DNA from: Acidimicrobiia bacterium
GTDB lineage: Bacteria > Actinomycetota > Acidimicrobiia > Spongiisociales > UBA5794
Direction: 5' to 3'
DNA length: 18,641 bases
NCBI GenBank assembly: GCA_030066755.1
Contig: JASJAX010000083.1
Span: 1 to 18,641, forward strand
How positions within the stretch are numbered: position 1 is the stretch's first letter; every line of letters begins with the position of its first letter. A model generated the notes under the pieces. The model did not search any database, was not told where the DNA came from, and saw only the letters and a list, made by a program, of their open reading frames with translations. The translations under genes were made by a program, and so were the position numbers. Below are positions 10,401 through 16,438 of the stretch, one piece after another.

Positions 10401-10864
10401 TCGGGCCGGGCGTTGAGGATGTTCCCGATCTGCCCCTGCCCCACGAGAACGTGTTGATGGCGCCCGACGCCGCCGTCGCTGAGGAGCTCGTGCAAGTCCA
10501 TCAGCCGGCAGGGCGTGCCGTTCAGCTCGTACTCGGACGTACCGTCCCGGTAGAGGCGCCGCGTCATGGCGACGTCGTCGAGGTCAATCGGCAGGAATCG
10601 GTCGGCGTTGTCGAAGGTGAGGGTCACCTCAGCACGACCGATCGCCGGCCGGGTCGCCGTACCCGCGAAGATCACATCCTCCATCTTCTGGGTTCGCAGC
10701 GAGGTGGTTGCCTGGGTGCCCATGACCCATGCAAGGGCGTCGAGCAGATTCGACTTCCCCGAGCCGTTCGGGCCGACAACGACGTTGACCCCGCCGTGGA
10801 AATCCAGGCGGGTTCGGTCGGCAAACGACTTGAAACCGGCGAGCGAAAGCGTCTTGAGCAGCAA
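7412..10864 (-). CDS. smc: Chromosome segregation/condensation protein SMC
   Basis: 1150 aa. N-terminal Walker A GPNGSGKSN, very long coiled coils, and a C-terminal signature LSGGERSLAALAFLFAVF followed by Walker B YVLDEVEAALD. Start codon is TTG at 10862-10864. Confidence 0.95.
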   Translation of the reverse strand: MLLKTLSLAGFKSFADRTRLDFHGGVNVVVGPNGSGKSNLLDALAWVMGTQATTSLRTQKMEDVIFAGTATRPAIGRAEVTLTFDNADRFLPIDLDDVAMTRRLYRDGTSEYELNGTPCRLMDLHELLSDGGVGRHQHVLVGQGQIGNILNARPDEHRAVIEEAAGITKHRGRRDRSVRRLEQTELDVARLTDILDQQRRRLRPLKRQANAALRYDSVKAEVKALHLWLGGEQLRKIRSRTAAATAERAELEHQADGEQGELERIRADLAALEASAGEVGASLQRDTAAAARLETVSERYHRIAMVARERRQAMEGRLLGADERKRDLSTEVAHLEGEIAQSSQDEQAARLLAERREVTLQALEDEERSLAEQIALPAEGVIANLRGDLRALETAAERDRREREALSRRREAVVDRIEREGAESAELHDRIRSTDSEVGPVQARYEADSASREAAQEQLEVVESELQNAQIDLAKARGRAEAVEAALAGLGDPAAQERVAAHDAVIGKLVSHLDVPEPLAAAVDGVLGSWRDAYVAANGDAVADLAHQLKADGFGGVSVLAAGRGDESDADLARRVATDHGVEALVDRLGPAADRGLALHTLGDVVFVEGWVSGWTLVHRYAGLRAVTPEGDVITTTGIRLAEPDGAGPAAMEAAGVALETAERNVDRAEAAHTTVRREFDRARERERLALEELETIEARLAGFTEAVALVERAQAEGRAELDRLDERDHSLIEAAAARDERIAELRLRVAEFEGEERARQEAWDALNRRRDAVAQRRDEARRLREEAAGVLASAAERLRLLEGRLAAARTELHGLDEQPVDPAAIEQLSTIEDTARSAQQTVRVHIETLRERQRELRSAAGIAGSKLDEAHRRQRALEQSLVRARERMSALAVELAELRVRDESVAEGLRRDADATEETALTAPRPDLDDDADAAEVLASREAQLRRMGPINPLAAAEYEELAAEVEHLETQLADLEEARAELRKVIGALDDEMATLFHGAFDDIARFFEENFAEVFPGGKGRLRLTDPQSPLTTGVEIEAQPMGKKVGRLSLLSGGERSLAALAFLFAVFRARPSPFYVLDEVEAALDDANLRRFLRLVDMLRESAQLVIITHQQQTMEAADILYGVTMEPGESSLVVAKRLDSVKVG

Positions 10865-10946
10865 GGTTCTGCGAGGTTACCAGGGGAAATTACATGGGCG
10901 TGATTAATCCTGGCTCCACGGAGCAGGCCGCCTCGAGCCGCAATGG

Positions 10947-10974
10947 GTAGCCGGTAGCGAGTAGCCAGTAGCCA
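10947..10974. repeat. Tandem heptamer array GTAGCCG GTAGCGA GTAGCCA GTAGCCA
   Basis: Read directly in the acyP-smc intergenic region. It shares the GTAGCCA unit with the array at 14521. Confidence 0.6.
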
Positions 10975-10991
10975 GATCCGGCAACAGTGCG

Positions 10992-11273
10992 CTACACCCG
11001 CACGGTGAACGAGGTCAGGTTGGGATCTGGGGGCACGGGGGTGAGGGCGACGTGCTCGGGGCGAGCGGCCCGGGGACCGACTTCGAGCCATCCGGCGAAC
11101 TCAACGACCCGATCCGGCGGTCCCTGGGCGAAGAACTCGACCCGACCGTCGGGGAGGTTGCGCACCCAGCCGGCGAGCCGGAGCGAGCGGGCTTTCCATT
11201 CGGTCGAGACCCGGAACCCGACGCCTTGCACCCGGCCGGACACGGTGCCGGTCACGGCGGTGAGGTCGGCCAT
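10992..11273 (-). CDS. acyP: Acylphosphatase
   Basis: Motif VSGRVQGVGFRVSTEWKARSLRLAGWVRNLPDGRVE matches the acylphosphatase signature (V.G.VQGV.FR...GL.GWV.N..DG.VE). The ORF-track start at 11366 would overlap fpg, so the start is placed at the internal ATG (MADLTAV) at 11273, giving 94 aa. The smc-acyP-fpg position matches mycobacteria. Confidence 0.8.
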   Translation of the reverse strand: MADLTAVTGTVSGRVQGVGFRVSTEWKARSLRLAGWVRNLPDGRVEFFAQGPPDRVVEFAGWLEVGPRAARPEHVALTPVPPDPNLTSFTVRV

Positions 11274-11284
11274 ATCGCGCCCCG

Positions 11285-12115
11285 TCACGTCTGACATGCT
11301 GGGCACCAATGGGTCGATCGTTGCCGCAGGACGGTCCGCTGGATCTCCGTTCCACATCGCCGACACGGCTCTCCATCCCGCCCGTATACCCGGAGCCGGT
11401 GGACGTACTCACCGGCCCGGCCATCGGGCAGCAAGTAGGCCAGGTCGTCGAGTGAGGTTCCACCCCACCTCAATCCGGCATCGAGCGTGACTTTGATGGC
11501 TCGTCGGAGTCGCTGCACTTCATCTCCGGTGAGCGACCCGCCGGGCCGATCGGGAGCGATACCGGCTCGAAAGAGGGCCTCGTCGGCGTAGATGTTGCCC
11601 AGGCCGGCCAGGATGCGCTGGTCGAGCAGCAGGGCCTTGATGGGCGCCGAGCGCCCGTCGAGCCCCCGGCGCAAGACCGGACTCCTCGGTAGCTCCGAAT
11701 ACGCATCGGGCCCCATGTGGCCGAGGGACGACCCGTCGAGCTCCTCCGGGGTCCACGCAACGACAAACCCGAAGGTCCGGGGGTCGATGAGCCGGAATTC
11801 CACCTCCCGGTCGGTTCGAATGACCACGTTCGTGTGGGGTCGCTCGGGCTCGTCGGGTTTCGCCATCGACACGCGCCCGGACATGCCGAGATGGGTGACC
11901 CAGGCAATGTCCCCTTCGACGTCGGCGATGAGGAACTTGCCGTGCCGACCCAGGCCCCGAATGCGCCGTCGCAGGAGACGATCCCGGAACTCCTGAGGCC
12001 GAGCCTGACGGCGCACCATGCGATCGCGACGCACGTCGACGTCCTGGATCGTGGCGCCGACGAGATCGGGTTCGAGACAACGTCGGGTGGTCTCGACCTC
12101 CGGGAGCTCAGGCAC
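11285..12115 (-). CDS. mutM: Formamidopyrimidine-DNA glycosylase (Fpg/MutM)
   Basis: 276 aa. N-terminal catalytic MPELPEVE and a C-terminal zinc finger CRRCG...CPACQ. Confidence 0.92.
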   Translation of the reverse strand: MPELPEVETTRRCLEPDLVGATIQDVDVRRDRMVRRQARPQEFRDRLLRRRIRGLGRHGKFLIADVEGDIAWVTHLGMSGRVSMAKPDEPERPHTNVVIRTDREVEFRLIDPRTFGFVVAWTPEELDGSSLGHMGPDAYSELPRSPVLRRGLDGRSAPIKALLLDQRILAGLGNIYADEALFRAGIAPDRPGGSLTGDEVQRLRRAIKVTLDAGLRWGGTSLDDLAYLLPDGRAGEYVHRLRVYGRDGEPCRRCGTEIQRTVLRQRSTHWCPACQT

Positions 12116-12126
12116 GTCCGGTCCCG

Positions 12127-12819
12127 CTAGGCATCGGCGATCCCGAGGGCCTCCGCCGCCGCTCGGGCGGCATCCTGTTCGGCTCGCTTCTTCGATGTCC
12201 CCGTGCCGGCACCGAGGATCTCCTCGCCGACGTAGACCTTGGCGGTGAACTCTTTGGCGTGCTCCGGACCGTGGTCCTCGACTTCGTACCGCGGCCGCTC
12301 CCCTGTCTGCGCGATCTTCTCCTGCAGTCGGGTCTTGTAGTCCCGCCTGCCGGGTGCCGCAGCCCGGGCGTCGACGAGGTCGGTCCAGTGGTGCAGCACG
12401 ACCGTGTGGGCGCGCTGGAAACCCGATTCGAGGTACACGGCGCCGAGCACCGACTCGACGACGTCAGACAGAATCGAGTCCTTGGATCGGCCGCCCGTCA
12501 TTTCTTCGCCCTTGCCCAACCGCAAGGCCGGCCCGAGACCCCAGGACCGGGCGACTCCGGCCAGCGCACGCTCGTTCACGACGGCGGCGCGCACCTTCGC
12601 CATCTCGCCTTCCGGAAGCTCCGGATACTCGTCGTACAGGTAGTGCGTCACCGAGAGTTGCAACACGGCGTCGCCCAGGAACTCCAAACGTTCGTAGGAG
12701 TCCGTCGAGTCGTGCTCGGCCGAGTGCGATCGATGCGTGAGGGCGAGATCCAGCAATGCCCCGTCCGCGAACGTGTACCCGATCGCCGTCTGCAACTCCC
12801 GGAGCGGCGTCGCCGTCAT
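12127..12819 (-). CDS. rnc: Ribonuclease III
   Basis: 230 aa. RNase III signature ERLEFLGDAVL, catalytic DVVESVLGAVYLE, and a C-terminal dsRBD. Confidence 0.93.
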   Translation of the reverse strand: MTATPLRELQTAIGYTFADGALLDLALTHRSHSAEHDSTDSYERLEFLGDAVLQLSVTHYLYDEYPELPEGEMAKVRAAVVNERALAGVARSWGLGPALRLGKGEEMTGGRSKDSILSDVVESVLGAVYLESGFQRAHTVVLHHWTDLVDARAAAPGRRDYKTRLQEKIAQTGERPRYEVEDHGPEHAKEFTAKVYVGEEILGAGTGTSKKRAEQDAARAAAEALGIADA

Positions 12820-12822
12820 CGA

Positions 12823-13794
12823 TCAGCTCACTGTGAGGGCGGCGTCGGAGAGGCCGGCGGCGATGTGTTCGGCGAGACCGAACTCGGCTCCTTCGTGCGC
12901 CAGTGCAATGGCGTTGGCGACGGCCGTGCGCGACGAAGAGCCGTGGGCGATCACGACGACTCCCTTGGTCCCCAGCAGGTGTGCCCCGCCTACACCCTCC
13001 GGATCGAACTGTGCGCTCGCTCGTCCAACGAGCTCGGTGTGCGCTCCGGGATCCTCAGCCAGGGCGCGCATCACAACACGAACGACCAACTCCGAAACCC
13101 CTTCGGCGGTCTTCAGTACGACATTGCCGGTGAATCCGTCGGTCACCAGGACATCGGCACTGTCTCGCGCCAGGTCTCGCCCTTCGAGGTTGCCGACGAA
13201 CTCGATCCCGGAGAGCGCACTGATGAGGCGGAATGCATCACGCTCCAACTCCCGACCCTTGCCTTCCTCCTCGCCGATGTTCATCAATCCGACCCGAGGC
13301 GGCGTGACTCCGAAGTGCCCTTCGGCCAAGGCGGCCCCCATCACTGCGAACTGAGCGAGGTGCTTGGGGCCGCAGCTCAGGTTGGCTCCGACGTCGAGGA
13401 TGATCTTGTTGCCGGGGAAGAACGACGCGATCGCAGGTCGGCTCACACCCGGGAGACGGCCGACGATGAATGCAGCCGCTGCCATCGATGCGCCCGTCGA
13501 GCCGGCTGAGACCAAACCCGCGGCCTCACCGGAAGCGACGAGACCGGCGGCACGAGAGATCGACGCGTCCTTCTTCTCGCGGATGGCACGCGACGGATCG
13601 TCGGCCATTTCGACGACCTCGGTGGCATGGACGACAGGAATGTCGACGGAGGCGGCGTCCAGGAGCGGGCGGATCCGGGTCTCGTCGCCGACCAGAACAA
13701 CGTCGATACCCACGGCAACCGAGTCGATGGCGCCGCCGACGACTTCGGCGGGAGCGTGATCTCCCCCCATGGCGTCAACGGCGATGAGCGACAC
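12823..13794 (-). CDS. plsX: Phosphate acyltransferase PlsX
   Basis: Motifs IAVDAMGGDHAP, GFTGNVVLK and the overall fold pattern of PlsX. The ORF-track start at 13929 overlaps rpmF, so the start is placed at in-frame GTG 13794, 8 nt after the rpmF stop. Only 3 nt separate it from rnc. Confidence 0.85.
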   Translation of the reverse strand: MSLIAVDAMGGDHAPAEVVGGAIDSVAVGIDVVLVGDETRIRPLLDAASVDIPVVHATEVVEMADDPSRAIREKKDASISRAAGLVASGEAAGLVSAGSTGASMAAAAFIVGRLPGVSRPAIASFFPGNKIILDVGANLSCGPKHLAQFAVMGAALAEGHFGVTPPRVGLMNIGEEEGKGRELERDAFRLISALSGIEFVGNLEGRDLARDSADVLVTDGFTGNVVLKTAEGVSELVVRVVMRALAEDPGAHTELVGRASAQFDPEGVGGAHLLGTKGVVVIAHGSSSRTAVANAIALAHEGAEFGLAEHIAAGLSDAALTVS

Positions 13795-13802
13795 GGCGGT
13801 GG

Positions 13803-13985
13803 TCAGTTGCTCGCGGGCTCGATGACCTCGCGGCCGTTGTACGAGCCGCATTGCTTGCAGACTCGATGCGGGGTGTGCATGGCTCCGCACTGCTGGCACG
13901 GCACCAAACGCGGTGCCGCGACCTTCCACTGTGCCTTGCGGCGACGCGTGCGGGAACGCGACATCTTCTTCTTTGGTACCGCCAT
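13803..13985 (-). CDS. rpmF: 50S ribosomal protein L32
   Basis: 60 aa. MAVPKKKMSRSRTRRRKAQWK... is classic L32, with a CxxC...CxxC zinc ribbon. The purine-rich GAGAGAGG RBS lies upstream. Confidence 0.93.
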   Translation of the reverse strand: MAVPKKKMSRSRTRRRKAQWKVAAPRLVPCQQCGAMHTPHRVCKQCGSYNGREVIEPASN

Positions 13986-14004
13986 CGGTGGACCTCTCTC
14001 AGAA

Positions 14005-14508
14005 CTACTGGCCCGGTTCGAACAGATCCTTGAGGACCGCGAACGGCGAGCGCGAGTCGCCCGCCTCCGGGACGTCGGTATTCAAGTCGGTTTGGGATGT
14101 ATCAACAAGTTCCCCGCAATCGGCGCACGTCGGGAGCATCGGCATCGCGAGCAGGACGTCGTCGCGCAGCAGCGGTTCGAGATCGAGTTGGTCGCCGTCG
14201 ATCGTGTAGTCGTCCTCGGTGGCGTCGTCGGGTCGAACGAACAGCTCGGCGACCGACACGGAGAACGGTTCGTCGTAATCCTCGAGGCATCGATGGCAAC
14301 TGTGCCGAGCCACGCCCGAGACGGACCCTCGAACCAGCAACCCGCCGGGCATCGGCGACAGCGTCAGCGCCGCGGTCAACGGTGGCTCGGGCAACACCGC
14401 CGACAGCTCGACGTGCCAATCGACCGAGGCTTCCACGTCGACATCACGAGGCTCGGCACGATCGCGCAGCAGATCGCCGATCGGAATCACAAACGGGGAA
14501 CGAGTCAT
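14005..14508 (-). CDS. DUF177 / YceD-like protein, the conserved partner upstream of rpmF
   Basis: Cys motifs CHRC...CADCGE and an acidic C-terminus typical of DUF177. The ORF-track N-terminal extension to 14598 translates the heptamer repeat as (GGWWLVA)x3, so the start is placed at ATG 14508 (MTRSPFVIP...), giving 167 aa. Confidence 0.75.
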   Translation of the reverse strand: MTRSPFVIPIGDLLRDRAEPRDVDVEASVDWHVELSAVLPEPPLTAALTLSPMPGGLLVRGSVSGVARHSCHRCLEDYDEPFSVSVAELFVRPDDATEDDYTIDGDQLDLEPLLRDDVLLAMPMLPTCADCGELVDTSQTDLNTDVPEAGDSRSPFAVLKDLFEPGQ

Positions 14509-14520
14509 GGGGCAGAGAGA

Positions 14521-14600
14521 GTAGCCAGTAGCCACCAGCCACCAGCCACCAGCCACCAGCCACCAGCCACCAGCCACCAGCCACCAGCCACCAGCCACCA
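14521..14600. repeat. Tandem heptamer array (GTAGCCA)x2 + (CCAGCCA)x9 + CCA; on the minus (sense) strand this reads (TGGCTGG)n
   Basis: Read directly. A perfect 7-nt periodicity runs for 80 nt, starting 13 nt upstream of the yceD ATG. Confidence 0.7.
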
Positions 14601-14664
14601 GAGCGTGCGCAGCCTCGGGCGTGTCGTCAACCCACCGGGGTCTGGAGTCCGGGGGCTGGAGGCT

Positions 14665-14685
14665 CGACCTCAGCAGCTGAGGTCG
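14665..14685. promoter_or_regulatory. Perfect 21-bp palindrome cgacctcagc-a-gctgaggtcg, flanked by CTGGAGGCTCG direct repeats (14657..14667 and 14736..14746)
   Basis: Read directly in the 250-nt intergenic region between the coiled-coil gene (stop 14760) and yceD. It is a candidate operator or an attenuator/terminator hairpin. Confidence 0.35.
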
Positions 14686-14759
14686 TCAGTCTGCCGCGTC
14701 CAACGCCACTCGACCGGCGGTGTCAGGGCTGGCGACTGGAGGCTCGGGCCGCAGGCCCG

Positions 14760-15380
14760 CTACTCAGAAACCGGTACGTCGGGTGCTGGTGGCAGCGACT
14801 GGTGGAATACCGACCGAGCATCCCGAACATATTGGATGAGCTCACCGAGGATGGCCTCGGCTTCGGCCAGCCGCTGCTCCGCGTGGTCTTCAGCTTCCAG
14901 GCGGATCCGTCGCGCCTCGTTCTCGGAAGCACGGACGAGACGGTTGGCCTCTTCCACCGCCTCAGCCACGATGTGCGACTCGGACACCATGTCTTCGGAA
15001 CGGCGCTTGGCCTTCGTCAAGACCTCGCGGGCTTTCTCATTGGTACGAGCGATGTAGCTCTCACGCTCGCGCACCATCCAACGCGCGGCACGAAGCTCCT
15101 CGGGGAGCGCCGACATGGCCTGTTCGAACAGACGAGTCGACTCGTCCTTGACGGCCTGCAGCTTGTCGCGGAACTCGTCCTTGCCAACCATCACACTCGT
15201 CGAGAGCGGGACCGTCCGTGCGGCTTCGACCTCGGCGATCATGTCCTCGAGCACGTCGACGATGCGAAACCGCGCCCGATCGAGCATGTCGAGCAGCTCG
15301 CCGGGGATCGGCGGCGGCTGCGCTCTGGGGTCATCCGATTCCGCGTTCGGTTCTTCTTGGGGTGCCAGCTCATCCGTCAC
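14760..15380 (-). CDS. Coiled-coil protein, possibly DivIVA-domain/SepIVA-like (assigned by position, not by motif)
   Basis: 206 aa. Acidic, proline-containing N-terminus followed by a K/R/E-rich helical segment. It sits between coaD and the DUF177 gene, where mycobacteria carry a DivIVA-like gene. GTG start at 15380 overlaps the coaD stop by 11 nt. The antisense ORF 14802..15518 has junk composition. Confidence 0.55.
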   Translation of the reverse strand: MTDELAPQEEPNAESDDPRAQPPPIPGELLDMLDRARFRIVDVLEDMIAEVEAARTVPLSTSVMVGKDEFRDKLQAVKDESTRLFEQAMSALPEELRAARWMVRERESYIARTNEKAREVLTKAKRRSEDMVSESHIVAEAVEEANRLVRASENEARRIRLEAEDHAEQRLAEAEAILGELIQYVRDARSVFHQSLPPAPDVPVSE

Positions 15381-15852
15381 GGCCGAAGCGCTCCTTCAGT
15401 GCTACCGACACATTCGCCGGTACGAGGTTGTCCACCGATCCGCCGAGCCCGGCGACCTGGCGCACGAGTGAGGACGACAGATAGCCGTACTCCGGCTTGG
15501 TTGCCACGAACAACGTGACAATGCCGGAGAGGTGGCGGTTCATCTGGGACATCTGGATTTCGTAGTCGAAATCCGTCATTGCCCGCAGGCCCTTCACGAT
15601 GACATTGATCTCGTGGGCTGCGGCGTAGTCGACGAGCAGTCCGTCGAACGAGCCGAACTCGACGTTGTCCCACCCGTTGCACGACTCACGCAGCAGGTCC
15701 ATCCGCTCGTCCGCCGTGAACAGCGGCGACTTGGACGGATTGCGCACCACAGCGACGAGCACACGATCGAAGATGCCTGCACACCGCTCGATGACGTCGA
15801 TGTGGCCCTTCGTGGGCGGGTCGAAGCTCCCGGGCACGAGAGCGGAGATCAC
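15370..15852 (-). CDS. coaD: Phosphopantetheine adenylyltransferase
   Basis: PGSFDPPTKGHIDVIERC (the nucleotidyltransferase H/T..GH motif) and a KGLR...DFDYE...SSSLVR region aligning closely with known CoaD. Start set to GTG 15852, which overlaps the rsmD stop as GTGA and gives the family-typical 6 aa before PGSFDP. The ATG at 15876 is the alternative. Confidence 0.88.
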   Translation of the reverse strand: MISALVPGSFDPPTKGHIDVIERCAGIFDRVLVAVVRNPSKSPLFTADERMDLLRESCNGWDNVEFGSFDGLLVDYAAAHEINVIVKGLRAMTDFDYEIQMSQMNRHLSGIVTLFVATKPEYGYLSSSLVRQVAGLGGSVDNLVPANVSVALKERFGRDG

Positions 15853-16391
15853 GGGTCCTCCTTGCCGAATCGCCACAATTCGACTTCACCGTAGCGCCGA
15901 CGATCCCGTAGGTGGAGACCTTCCGGCACCACCGGCTCCGCTCCCCCAGCCCGGCGGTGGACGACCACAACGCCGTGCGATCGCACAACGGGCGCAATGG
16001 CGCCGAGCACTGCGGCGACGACGGCGTCGTCCTCTGCGTACGGCGGATCGACGAATACCAGGTCGTAGTCCGACGAACACGATCGCAGGAAGCCCTCGAC
16101 GTCGGTCCGTCGGACACTTCCACCGAGCCCGACGAGGTCGACGTTGGCTTGCAAGGTGTCGGCGATCCGCCGATCTCGTTCAACGAACACCGCCGACGCT
16201 GCGCCCCGGCTCAGCGCCTCGAGGCCGATCGACCCTGAGCCGGCGTACAGGTCGAGGACGTCGGCGTCCACCACGAGCGTGCCGAGCGACGAGAACAGAG
16301 CCTCCTTCGCCCGGCCCGTCAGCGGTCGGGTCCCGATCCCGGGTGGGGACTTGAGCCGCCGCCCCTTGGCAGCACCGGCAATGATGCGCAT
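15849..16391 (-). CDS. rsmD: 16S rRNA (guanine966-N2)-methyltransferase RsmD
   Basis: Starts MRIIAGAAKGRRL (RsmD N-terminus), with a SAM-binding LDLYAGSGSIGLEA and the catalytic DPPY motif. The ORF-track extension to 16457 crosses the intergenic heptamer array and overlaps the recG 3' end, so the start is placed at ATG 16391. Confidence 0.85.
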   Translation of the reverse strand: MRIIAGAAKGRRLKSPPGIGTRPLTGRAKEALFSSLGTLVVDADVLDLYAGSGSIGLEALSRGAASAVFVERDRRIADTLQANVDLVGLGGSVRRTDVEGFLRSCSSDYDLVFVDPPYAEDDAVVAAVLGAIAPVVRSHGVVVVHRRAGGAEPVVPEGLHLRDRRRYGEVELWRFGKEDP

Positions 16392-16399
16392 GGGGAGAG

Positions 16400-16434
16400 T
16401 CTCAAGTCCCAAGTCCCAGGTCGCAAGTCTCGCC
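16400..16434. repeat. Degenerate tandem heptamer array TCTCAAG TCCCAAG TCCCAGG TCGCAAG TCTCGCC
   Basis: Read directly in the 47-nt recG-rsmD gap. Confidence 0.55.
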
Positions 16435-16438
16435 GCTG

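Noticed and set aside
8240-10903. 887-aa plus-strand ORF
   Set aside because: It is entirely antisense to the well-supported smc gene. Its composition is R/G/P/A-rich and low-complexity, typical of spurious antisense frames in GC-rich DNA.
10865-10991. Possible tRNA or small RNA gene in the 127-nt acyP-smc gap, and in the 250-nt gap at 14509..14759
   Set aside because: No cloverleaf-compatible stems or a GTTCGAATC-type T-loop could be found by eye. tRNAscan or Infernal would be needed to exclude structured sRNAs.
12259-13509. 416-aa plus-strand ORF
   Set aside because: Antisense to rnc and plsX. No motifs.
14509-14598. N-terminal (GGWWLVA)x3 extension of the yceD ORF
   Set aside because: It arises purely from translating the 7-nt tandem array. 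DUF177 proteins do not carry such N-termini, and the ATG at 14508 gives a family-typical length.
14521-14600. Possible CRISPR array or mobile-element terminal repeat
   Set aside because: The repeat unit is only 7 nt with no spacers. There are no cas genes, transposase, integrase or inverted terminal repeats anywhere in the window.
14535-14600. Interpreting the GCTGGTGG copies as a functional Chi hotspot
   Set aside because: Not rejected outright, but down-weighted. The octamer is generated automatically by the CCAGCCA unit, and Chi sequences in high-GC Actinobacteria are not defined. It is kept only as a speculative note inside the finding on the leader array.
13627-15057. 476-aa plus-strand ORF
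   Set aside because: It would span antisense rpmF and yceD, the intergenic heptamer array (translating it as PPATSHQ repeats), and part of the coiled-coil gene. This is implausible.
14802-15518. 238-aa plus-strand ORF opposite the coiled-coil gene and coaD
   Set aside because: Antisense to coaD, which is clearly conserved. Its composition is unlike real proteins compared with the minus-strand frame.
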